Shown here in pieces: positions 48,950 through 58,755 of a stretch of 64,000 nucleotides of DNA. The notes below the pieces were generated by a model, which worked only from the letters and a program-made list of their open reading frames with translations, did no database searches and had not been told where the DNA came from. How positions within the stretch are numbered: position 1 is the first letter of the stretch; the number at the start of each line of letters is the position of its first letter. This stretch comes from Macrostomum lignano. Taxonomy: Eukaryota. Where the stretch lies: contig NIVC01003733.1 of NCBI GenBank assembly GCA_002269645.1, positions 15,720 through 79,719 on the forward strand, written 5' to 3'. The translations under genes were made by a program, and so were the position numbers.

Positions 48950-50227
48950 GTTACATGGGTTATATACCAGAAACGATGGAACCGCTCTTACAGCTCCCGA
49001 TATCGCCGATCGTTCAGGTATTGTTATAGAAAATGATTGGTTTTATAAATGTTTTTCCCAAGCGCAACTAAGAATTGATGGAGCCGAGGTTGAGACATCT
49101 AGCAATCCCGAGGAGATTAATGGAGTTTTGAAACATTTAAATTATACCTATTTAACAAAACAGGTTGGTGACAATGTTGGATGGATGCCAGATAAGGGTG
49201 ATGGTGGAGCAATTAATTTCTCTCAAGTACCACCGGCAGCCGGAGCCGATACGGCAGCACTCATTAACTATCTGAATACGAATATAGTTCCAGTTGTAAC
49301 TACTCTAACCAACCCTAAAAACATGAACACCGGATTCATAGATCGTCAGAATAAATTCCCAGTAGCAGTTTTAACCGATGCAGCCGCATATGAGCAGGAC
49401 TTTTAAATCTTCCCATTATTAGGTTTCTTCTCACCAAATCGTGTTTGGAAAGGATTAAGATTTGGTGTACAATTGAAAATATTTGGCGGGTATCTGGGCA
49501 GAATACTTTTTGGAAATTCAACCTCAACCGATTTAGCAGCTAGAATAGTTTCAATTCAATTAGTTTTCCCAACGATTGAGGTAACAGCTCCACTTATCTC
49601 TTATAAACGATCAGTTAATGAAGGATCAGGAAATGTTCTATTTGAATCGTCGGCACTTTATGCGAACTATAAATAAAATCAGGATTCATTCCAGAGGCAA
49701 ATTCTCACATCAAAACGTCGCGTGAGATATATTTTTGCTTGGTTTAAAATCACAAACAGAACTAGCAAAAGAGCTAATGGAGATTTATATTGGATTCAAT
49801 CTGATGCAGTAGCAGTTCAAGCCGCCACCGAAACTGACACCGCAGCCTTAGCAATTACCGCATTTAATCTCCAGAATATTCGCTTGCAGGTTGATGACCA
49901 ATATTATCCTGTAAAGATGCCCTTAATCTAAACATGGCTAATAATGACGTTAATGATTTGATAAAATATTATCAGGATTATGCCAAAAACGAGGTGTATG
50001 CAGTACCACAATATACTCCCACAGAGTTTCTAAACATTCATCCTTTTGGTTTCTAAACATTCATCTAACTGCAAAAAAAAGAAAATGTAGCCAATATTGG
50101 TTTGAATTATATGTTAGAGATTAATAAAACCGGAAATCAGGCGGTTGACGCACATGTTTTGTTTCTCGAGGAGTATTTGTCAATTGCTGGCGCCGATGGA
50201 ACAATTATTCAGGACACCCCGCTGTAG
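48950..50227 (+). pseudogene. Polinton/adintovirus-type major capsid protein (double jelly roll), N-terminally truncated, with two in-frame stops and frameshifts
   Basis: FSQAQLRIDGAEVETSSNP, GW, NTGFIDR, PLLGFF, RYIFAWF, NIRLQVDDQYYP, P.EF.NIHPF motifs in family order. ORFs 48921, 49473 and 49722 share one frame separated by TAA at 49404 and 49674; frameshift near 49925. Confidence 0.8.
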
Positions 50228-50312
50228 GCGGTGCAGGACATAGTCCGTCGCGCCATTGTAAATGTCGCAGTTCTCCGAACGTCGCACCAATGTAAATTTT
50301 TTTTCCTAAAAA

Positions 50313-50519
50313 ATGGTAAAAGCAAAACACAATAAAATATTTCCAAATGATCCCTTTTTATGTTTAGTAATTGGAGGATCAGGTAAAGGCAAAACTCACT
50401 TTGTTTATGACCTATTAACAACCGATGGAATGTTGAATTATAATAATTTAATAATATATACTAATAAACCGCGAATTAAATATTATGAATTTCTTGAGCA
50501 TGGATTAAGACAAAAATAA
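50313..50519 (+). pseudogene. Polinton-type packaging ATPase (A32-like, FtsK-HerA superfamily), N-terminal 68 aa only
   Basis: HNKIFPNDPFLCLVIGGSGKGKTHFVYDLL...LNYNNLIIY with Walker A GxxGxGKT; cut off by the LTR 9 nt after a TAA. Confidence 0.8.
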
Positions 50520-50528
50520 AAAATATAT

Positions 50529-51398
50529 TGTAGTGCATGCGCCCTTGTCAGTTGGCAGGGCGCGTTGCACTTTGGGGCTGGTTGGGGGGGGTTGGCGGGC
50601 GTGGCAGGGTCTGGCCCCGGCCGGGCTTTGCGCGTGCCCCTCCCTAGCCGTGCCCCTGCCCCGTGCTCAGGGCTGGTTGGCTGCGGCCGGGCCAGCTTTG
50701 GCGCGGGTGCAGCCCCTCCCCCCTTAGGCGGGGTTTTGATTGGCTGGGCCGGCGTGGTTTGTTTTGGTGAGCTTAGCCGGTGGGGCCGTCTGCCCCAGGG
50801 TTTGGGTGCTATTTATGGTGCGACTCTGGCTCTTGCCCACCACCTGCGTGCTTTTTGTGTTTTGGTGTGCTCCGAGAGTGCAAGCGCTAGACCTGATAAA
50901 AGAAACAGCAACATTAGCTACTTGGATAAAAGAAACACAATAGCCTAATTGAGAAGAGTCTTGGAGAATTAAGAAGAAGTCGGAAACTGCGCTTGAGACC
51001 TGCGAATAATAAACGGTGAACAGTCATCTGGCCACTGGTAAGCCGCCTGCTGTTTGAGTCCTTTCTTTCCGGGAAGCTTGCTAGGCCGAATTCTTGCCAG
51101 AGCGTCATAACGCCGGAAGACCATATAGCTTCTGTAGTACGGTACCGTTTACCATATATATTGCGTACGCCCTACGGTATAGAGAATAGAAGCACTCGAG
51201 AGTGTCACCACACCTCGAGCCGCAGCGTGAACTCTGAGTGTCACAACACCAGAGGGATCGAATTATTATCGCAGAGCGTCGCCACGCCTGCTCGTCGTAT
51301 TCATAAAAGTACAGACAGAGCGTCACAACGCCTGTTATATCACATATAATATATATTGTACTCGGGACTGGGCACCCAAGCCGACCCGGGTTACAACA
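50529..51398 (+). repeat. 5' LTR (~870 bp)
   Basis: TGTAGT...TTACAACA; direct repeat of 59469-60338. GATAAAAG TATA-like motifs at ~50.9 kb, AATAAA at 51008-51013, CTG|GTAAGC donor at 51038. Confidence 0.95.
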
Positions 51399-51401
51399 AA
51401 T

Positions 51402-51419
51402 TGGCGCCCGAACAGGGAC
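51402..51419 (+). promoter_or_regulatory. Primer-binding site complementary to tRNA-Lys(UUU)
   Basis: TGGCGCCCGAACAGGGAC, the 18-nt Lys3-type PBS, 3 nt after the LTR. Confidence 0.95.
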
Positions 51420-51643
51420 CCTGTCCCCAAAGATTGAAAGTCGGCTCAGTTGCTTTCTATGAAAATTGCTGTCATATTGTGAGCGTTTTTTCTTATTAAA
51501 ACGACTGTTGCTTATCGCTTGCGGCTATTGCCCTACCGCAAAAGACATTGATCACGGTGACAGACAACTGATTGGTTATCAGAGATCGATAGCTATCACC
51601 ACCTCAGAGTAAAGAGTAGCAACGGTATTCAGTGACTTCGGCC

Positions 51644-52564
51644 ATGGGTGATCAAGCTATGGACCAACTGATCGATGCGCTGGCTGCGCGCCTCAGAGCC
51701 AACGCCGACCGAGCAGCGCCACGACTCTCGAAGCCGCCCAAGTACATACCAACGATGAATTTCAGCCTATGGCTGCAGAGTTTCAACGAGTACTGCGAGG
51801 CTGTCGGTATAGAAGAAGAAGCCAGGCGGCCGCACCTGATCGGCCTACTCGACCTCACAACAGCCTACGCTGCCGTTGATAAGCTGGACTTGGCAGACGA
51901 CATCGAGTACGGGGAATTCACGGATGCACTACTGGCGCGGTTCACCATGAACAGAACAGCCCAGGACTACCGTTTTGAATTATCGAATCGAGATCAGCTA
52001 GACAAGGAGTCTGTGGAGACCTACGGGGACGAGCTGCTGGAGTTGGTGCGCAATGCCTTCCCCACCGCGGATGCCGACACCAGGACAGAGCTGGCGAAAG
52101 ACAGATTTCTAAAAGGCGTTCGAGTAACCGACACTGTCCGAGAAAGACTGTACCTGCAGCAGCCGGCCAACCTCACCGATGCCATTCGAACAGTAAGACA
52201 ACTTGAAGCAGCCCAGAAGGCGTCTTCGACCCAGTCCAAAGCCAGACCCAGGGCTGGGCTGAATGCCTTTGCCACCGAAACGTCGACAGGTGACACCGGC
52301 AAAGACGAGGAGCTACGCCAACTGCGTCAAAAAGTAAAGGAAATGGAAGAAAAGATCCGACGGATGGAGCAGATGCAGCAGGGCCAGCAGGAGCCGCCCG
52401 AACCCGGCCTTCAAGACAAGCAACAATCCAAGCAGGCGGCTCCGTCCAGCTCGAAGCAGCGTAGCGGTGTCAAGTGCTACAACTGCGGGGAGATAGGCCA
52501 TCTCTCATTCCAGTGCCCAAAGCCGGGAAAAGGCAAGAGGGGCCCACCAGCTGGAGGCAAGTGA
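51644..52564 (+). CDS. gag: Gag with CCHC zinc knuckle
   Basis: ATG in GCCATGG context; capsid-like helical region; CYNCGEIGHLSFQC. Confidence 0.92.
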   Translation: MGDQAMDQLIDALAARLRANADRAAPRLSKPPKYIPTMNFSLWLQSFNEYCEAVGIEEEARRPHLIGLLDLTTAYAAVDKLDLADDIEYGEFTDALLARFTMNRTAQDYRFELSNRDQLDKESVETYGDELLELVRNAFPTADADTRTELAKDRFLKGVRVTDTVRERLYLQQPANLTDAIRTVRQLEAAQKASSTQSKARPRAGLNAFATETSTGDTGKDEELRQLRQKVKEMEEKIRRMEQMQQGQQEPPEPGLQDKQQSKQAAPSSSKQRSGVKCYNCGEIGHLSFQCPKPGKGKRGPPAGGK

Positions 52565-52572
52565 GCCCCTGC
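52525..52572 (+). promoter_or_regulatory. -1 programmed ribosomal frameshift signal (gag-pol)
   Basis: Slippery heptamer G GGA AAA (52525-52531) in the gag frame, 6-nt spacer, then hairpin AGGGG(G)C-C-CAC / GTG-A-GCCCCT; the -1 frame is the open pol frame. Confidence 0.75.
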
Positions 52573-55500
52573 AATTCGTCAGCCTCCGAACAAGCCGTCA
52601 TCTCATCTCATCATCATCAAACGCCCGGTACCGCATCTCATCAGCCTCCAGTGTCCGGTACTGCGCCTCATCAGAATCCAGTGTCCGGTACTGCGCCTCA
52701 TCAGCATCCAGTGTCCGGTACCGCGCTTCATCAGCCTCCAGTGTCCGGTACTGCGTCTCGTCAGCCTCCAGTGTCCGGTACAGTACCTCATCAGCATCCA
52801 GTGTCCGGTACTGCGGCTCATCAGCATCCAGTGTCCGATACTGCGCCTCATCAGCATCCAGTGTCCGGTACAGCGTCTCATCAGCCTCCAGTGTCCGGTA
52901 CTGCGTCTCATCAGCATCCAGTGTCCGGTACTGCGCCTCATCAGCATCCAGTGTCCGGTACAGCGTCTCATCAGCCTCCAGTGTCCGGTACTGCGTCTCA
53001 TCAGCATCCAGTGTTCGGTACAGTACCTCATCAGCATCCAGTGTCCGGTACTGCGCCTCATCAGCATCCAGTGTCCGGTACTGCGCCTCATCAGCATCCA
53101 GTGTCCGGTACAGCGTCTCATCAGCCTCCAGTGTCCGGTACTGCGTCTCATCAGCCTCCAGTGTCCGGTACAGTATCTCATCAGCATCCAGTGTCCGGTA
53201 CTGCGTCTCATCAGCCTCCAGTGTCCGGTACAGTATCTCATCAGCATCCAGTGTCCGGTACTGCGTCTCATCAGCCTCCAGTGTCCGGTACTGCGTCTCA
53301 TCAGCATCTAGTGTCCGGTACAGTGCCTCATCAGCCCCAGCGTCCGGTACTGCACCTCACCATCAACTAGCCGGTTTTGCACAGTCGCAGCGCCCAATCA
53401 CCGTCAACGCACCTCAGTCAATTCAAATCAATCCTGCGTCGATATATGTTACGGCCTCAATCGCAGGGCGGAGGGTGAACGCGCTAGTGGACTCGGGAGC
53501 TTCCTGCACCATTATCTCACGGGAAGCTTACCAAAGTATGCCGAAACAGAGCGTCAGAGATTTGGCCGGTGCTGAAGGCTACGTTAGCTTAGCAAACGGC
53601 AGCCCGATCGAAATCGAGAGGACAGTCCTGTTGCGACTGTCAATCGCTGATAAAGTAATAGATACTCCAGCCTTGGTAGTCAGCGGAGTGAAGTACCAAC
53701 TGGTATTGGGATCCGACTTCTGCAGGGACAACAGTTGCGTCATCGACTACAAGAGAGCTGTCTTTTCAGTGCAGGACTCTGCAATCCCGTTCCGATGGCA
53801 AGCTGAGCGCCCGATCGTTTGCAGAATTTTGGCGACAAGGTCCAGCACAATACCGCCAGGTCATCAAGCAGTGCTGTCAGCAAGGCTGGAGAGCAAAGGA
53901 CGACGGAACAGAGGGTGTGTCGGTCTAACTGAGAATCTCGGGGCGAACGATTTGGCAGCTGGCCGCTGGCTTGCTAAGGCCTTAGTGATCCCAAATAGCG
54001 GCAGCCGTCTGCCGACTCGACTCATCAATATCACGGAGGAGCCAGTCAGAATTCGCCAAGGTTGTACGCTCGGGTGGTTCTGCCCCCTAGAATCCACCGA
54101 ACCGTTGAACACCATCAAGCTCTTAGCCGTAGAGTCAGGAGACGATCCACAGGAAGAGCCGAAGTTCCAAGGCAGCGACAGCCCTTCGGAAGCAGACTTG
54201 CTACCAAACTCGTACGGCGACTGTGGACTGTCGACGAAAGAAGACGAAGAATTTAGAATCCTTGTCCGGAGTTACGGCGATGTGTTCACGACCAAGCAGA
54301 CTTCAAGCAAGTTAACTACCGTGGTGGAGCATGAAATTAACACCGAGAATGCGCGCCCAATCAAGATCCCACCGCGTCGTCTGCCTCCCCACTTACAGCC
54401 AGAAGTAGATCGTCAAGTCAACGAGTTGCTGGAAAAGGGGCAGATCGAAGAAGCACAGTCACCATGGTGCTTTCCTTTGGTGTGCGTAAAGAAGAAATCA
54501 GGGGAAATGAGGATGTGCGTCGATTATCGGAAGTTGAATGAGGTCACCGTCAAGGATGCAGTGCCGATGCCGAGGGTCGATGATGCGCTGGAGGCAGTAC
54601 ACGGCGCCAAGATCTTCTCGACAATGGACCTTCACAGCGGGTTTTGGCAAGTAGGGGTGAGACCTCAGGATCAGGACAAGACGGCGTTTGCAGTGCCGCA
54701 TCGCGGACAATTTCGATGGAAGGTTATGCCGTTCGGCTTAGTGAACAGCCCAGCAACATTCACCAGGTTGATGGCAGCCGTTTTGGACAAGCAGATGTGG
54801 AAAACCTGTCTCGTCTACATCGACGATCTACTGGTTTGGTCAACCGACGTGGATGAACACCTGAGAAGACTGGAGGAAATATTCAGCAAGTTGCGGCAAG
54901 CAAATTTGTGCCTGAAGCCCCAGAAGTGTCACTTTTTGCAAAAGCAAGTGAAATTTCTCGGTCACACGCTGTCGGCTGCTGGCATCAGTACCGATGAGGA
55001 GAAAGTTCAAGAAGTGAAGAACTGGCCAACACCGCGATCCTCGACGGAGCTGCATTCATTCTTGGGCCTGTGTGGCTATTACAGAAAGTTTATTAAAGAT
55101 TTCGCCGCAATAGCAGCGCCTCTAACTCGGTTGACAACAAAAGACGCAAAGTTTGAATGGAAAACGGAACAGCAGCTGGCGTTCGAAACATTGAAGGAAC
55201 GAATGACAAGTTCAGAGGTTATGGCTCATCCGGATTTCTCCCCGGATGCCGGAGAGTTTATCCTCGATACTGATGGCAGTTCGAAGATGGGCATAGGAGC
55301 GGTACTTTCTCAAGTCCAGCCAGATGGAGCAGAACGAGTGATCGCCTATGGGTCCAAGACACTAAATCAAGCCGAACGCAACTATTGTACGACTCGTTTA
55401 GAACTACTAGCGGTTGTGACTTTCATCATGAAGTTCAGATACTATCTGCTGGAAAAGCGTTCTGTCTGCGAACGGACCACAGCAGCCTGCAATGGTTAAA

Positions 55501-57259
55501 AAACTTCAGTGACGCCGAGGGACAGGTTGCTCGCTGGTTGGAGAAGTTGGCTCCATTTCAGTACCGCATCGTTCACAGACCAGGTCGATCGCATGGCAAC
55601 GCGGACGCAATGTCGAGGAAGCCAGTACGGAGACATTTCGGAGCGGAGACATGCCCGGCATGTGCGCAGCATCCAGAAGGACTAAATGCAGTCGAATTTG
55701 AACGATTCTCAGCCGGCAATCTGGCAAGCGAGCAGGATCAAGACGACGATTTGAGAACAGTAAAGGAAGCGCTTGGCTCAAACCCAGTTCCAGATAAAAG
55801 CGAGACAGCTTGGAGTCCACTGGCTAGAGCCGTCTGGACTCGAAAAGACGACCTGGTGCTGCAAGAGAACGTGCTCCTTGTGAGAAACAAAGACAGGCGC
55901 GATGAGTATCAAATGGTGCTGCCACGAAAGGCATTGGATCGTATCTTGAAAACCCTACACGAGGGAGTGGGAGGTGGCCACATGGGCTTTGCGAAGACAA
56001 AATTTAAAGTGCTTCAGCGCTACTGGCGTCCAGGATTGTCTCGTGCCATTGAAGAATATATTCGCGGTTGTGCCACCTGCTGCAAGTCAAAGCCGGGCAA
56101 GCGAAACCGAGCACCCCTGCAACCGTTGACATTCGCAGCACCATTCGATTGCGTCATGATGGACATTGTCGGGCCGCTACCGCGGAGTAAGGCTGGAAAC
56201 ATTTATCTCCTGACAGTCCAAGATTCGTTTACGAAGTGGCCTGACGCGTACCCGCTTCGCAACCAGAAGGCAAGGACGGTGGCAAGGGCGCTTTTCAATC
56301 GATGGATTAGCCAGCATGGATGTCCGAGTACTTTGCACAGTGACCAAGGAAGGAACTTCGAATCGCAAGTGATGCGCGAAATGTGCAGGATACTCGAGAT
56401 CCGCAAGTCCAGAACCACAGCTTATCATCCGAGCGGAAATGGACAAGTAGAAAACTTCAATAAAAGTTTAAAATCCATCCTCAAGTGCTGCCTAGAGGAC
56501 TCAGGACGAAACGACTGGGAAGAATTCGTCAGCTCTGCGTTAATGGCGTACCGATCAAGCGTGCATCGAGCAACGGGTTATACTCCCCACTACATGGTCT
56601 ATGGCACGGAGATGCGCCTACCGATAGACTTGACTGACCAGCCGCCACAGCCTGTCGATTCGCATGTAAATTTCGTCAAGGAGCTAGAAGACAAATTGCA
56701 GACAGCTCATCGCGCTGCTCGACAGCAGTTGAATACTTATCAGCGGCGACAGAAGGACCAGTACGATAAAAGAACCCGAGGATCCGATATTCAGGAGGGT
56801 GACCATGTCTTCGTCTACAGCCCCGCCCTGAAACCAGACGAAGCCGCAAAGTTTCACGTAAGCTGGCTCGGCCCAGTGAAGGTGCTCGAAAGAAGATCCG
56901 AGGTGCTCTTCAAAGTGGAAAACCCGTCAAATCGTAAAAAGTCGAAGTTCGTCCACTTCAACAACCTCCGGAAGTTCGCTCGACCGGCCGCCCTGGAAAC
57001 ACCAGTTAGGACCGCGGCACCGCCGGAGGTGGTCGACGAGACGGACTCGGAGACAGAGGCGGAATGCGAGACTTGGACTCGGCCTCAACTGATGCCGCCA
57101 CAGGACGCCGAGGAAGTCGCCGAGGTGCTGGAAGAGCAGATGGAGTTGGTTGACGACCCGCAGCCTACTCATAACCCGGTGGAAGCTGCACCTGAGCCTC
57201 GAAGGTCCGGAAGGTTGCGACGGCCGCCGGATCGCTACGGCCAGCCAGTGACATTCTAA
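52525..57259 (+). CDS. pol: Pol polyprotein (repeat linker, protease, RT, RNase H, integrase), broken by two single-base deletions (~53337 and ~55451)
   Basis: LVDSGAS (53484-53504), CVDYRKLN, YIDD (54816-54827), DTDGS RNase H, RTDHSSL, integrase H-H-C-C and DIVGP/DQG/ENFN triad. Confidence 0.93.
52615..53365 (+). repeat. 30-bp in-frame coding tandem repeat, ~24 units, encoding HQ(H/P)PVSGT(A/V)(P/S)
   Basis: CATCAG unit starts every 30 nt from 52639 to 53329. Confidence 0.95.
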
Positions 57260-57682
57260 TGGGTTACTCGTCATCGTGAAGTCTCATCAGTTTCATATGC
57301 GATTATCGTTAAAAGCCAGAAAAATATTTCGCGAATGCGTCATTCATCATAAATACGAGTACTTCATCAATGCATCATTCATCATGAGTACGAGCAGTTC
57401 GCCAATGCGTCATTCAAGAAATTCGTTAATGCGTCATTAAGTCATTTTAATCGCATCTTCATCGAAGTTTTGACGAGAATCAAATTTTGCCTACAAAATC
57501 TATGCATCGGTGGAGGGTATTCGGACTGGCATCCGGTGACAACTCGAATTTGCGCTGGGACTTTACGATGCAGGGTACCGCGGGCCACGGTCCGAGGAGA
57601 TGACGCTCTGGCAAGAGGGGAGCAGGAGTAGAATCTGGAGTCAGGGACAGTGTGTCGCAGGTTTGAGTACGTTGCTTTGCAG

Positions 57683-58630
57683 ATGGATTTGTACGCTGTC
57701 CTCCAAGTCGGACACACAGCCGAACGTGCCGAGATCAGGCGAGTCTATCGACAGCTAGCGCTCTTCTGGCACCCGGACAAGCACCCGGACAAGGAACTCG
57801 CAGGACGCCGTTTCCAAGAAATTGAGACTGCTGGTAGAATTCTATCGTGTCCATATCGCCGAGCGATGTACGACCAGTTGGGCGATAAATCAATCCCGTA
57901 TGACGAGGCTGTAACCTTCGCAATGACGTTCATACCTCCTACTGGTGTAAGAATGCCGGCGGACATCGAAGAGGGAGTACAGCAAAGGCGAGAAGTTGAA
58001 GAAGCTCAGCGCAAGGAAGCTGGTCTCAGGCAGGGGAGACAGGGACAGAGGAACGATTACGAAGCGGATGGCTACATTCTAATCTCGGACGACGATGAGA
58101 GCGAGGAGTCGGATGAGTGTAGCATCGACACAGAAGAAGAAGACGAGTTGCTGGCATCGGATGGCTCCTCCGGAAGTAGTGAGTCAGAAGCTATGGAGAT
58201 CGATGTACCGGAAAGCAAGGAGGTTGTCTCACATCGCGCGTCGGGAGCAATATGGGATGATGAAAAGCTGTCGTTATCGGCAGCTGCGCGTCAGCTCCGC
58301 CATCGTTTGATGAAGCATATTTTGGCTGGACAGTCGGACGGAATCGTGTCAGTGCTCACGGCTATGAGACGGCTGTTTCGAGACTCGCAGCGAGAACCGA
58401 GGAGCGCACTGTCAATGGTCCTGCTGCAGGCGTTGTTCTTCATCCGCAGAGATATCGCTCCGGTAAAGCGTCAGAGAGCAGGCCGCCGTTACTGGTCTAG
58501 GCAGAGTTTTGATTGTTTCGTCCGACAGCTCTGTCACGAGCTCATCCCGCTGTTCGGTTTGCGCCGGCCCGGCAGGCTGCTCGAGGTCCTGAAAAGCTGC
58601 GTCGGTCTCCCTGGACTTCGGGTTCGCTAG
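57683..58630 (+). CDS. ORF3: DnaJ/Hsp40 J-domain protein (315 aa) with acidic/SIM-like tract and unknown helical C-terminal domain
   Basis: MDLYAVLQV...EIRRVYRQLALFWHPDKHP...RRFQEI..A.RILS....RAMYDQLG matches the four-helix J-domain with HPD at 57770-57778; uninterrupted, intronless, inside the LTRs. Confidence 0.9.
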   Translation: MDLYAVLQVGHTAERAEIRRVYRQLALFWHPDKHPDKELAGRRFQEIETAGRILSCPYRRAMYDQLGDKSIPYDEAVTFAMTFIPPTGVRMPADIEEGVQQRREVEEAQRKEAGLRQGRQGQRNDYEADGYILISDDDESEESDECSIDTEEEDELLASDGSSGSSESEAMEIDVPESKEVVSHRASGAIWDDEKLSLSAAARQLRHRLMKHILAGQSDGIVSVLTAMRRLFRDSQREPRSALSMVLLQALFFIRRDIAPVKRQRAGRRYWSRQSFDCFVRQLCHELIPLFGLRRPGRLLEVLKSCVGLPGLRVR

Positions 58631-58755
58631 GGTGCCCAGTTCCGATTCATACTGTATTTTCTGCTTACTTGTATGTATGTTGTTACGCTCGTACTGTATG
58701 GGTTTATTTGCATGCTAGTGGGGTCAAGCTTCCTGGGGGAATGGCTCAGCAGCTG

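Larger units (their letters stand above)
41474..50528. mobile_element. Decayed Polinton/Maverick (adintovirus-like) endogenous element, interrupted by hAT, MITE and Helitron insertions and truncated by a Gypsy LTR
   Basis: AT-rich, intronless gene fragments with family motifs of rve integrase, double-jelly-roll capsid and packaging ATPase. No DNA polymerase B is seen in the window. The left boundary is inferred from the hairpin cluster. Confidence 0.8.

Noticed and set aside
48921-48950. ATG at 48921 as the capsid start codon
   Set aside because: It lies in sequence that encodes the integrase-upstream motif on the opposite strand; capsid homology starts only at ~48950.
50533-51349. Short ORFs inside both LTRs
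   Set aside because: Duplicated only because the LTRs are duplicated; the homopolymer indels between LTRs shift their frames; no recognisable domains.
52603-53307. Antisense ORF MLMRRSTGHW repeats
   Set aside because: Reverse-strand by-product of the 30-bp repeat.
57683-58630. ORF3 as an envelope gene or a polyomavirus T-antigen fragment
   Set aside because: No signal peptide, TM segment or furin site; no LxCxE motif, origin-binding or helicase domain.
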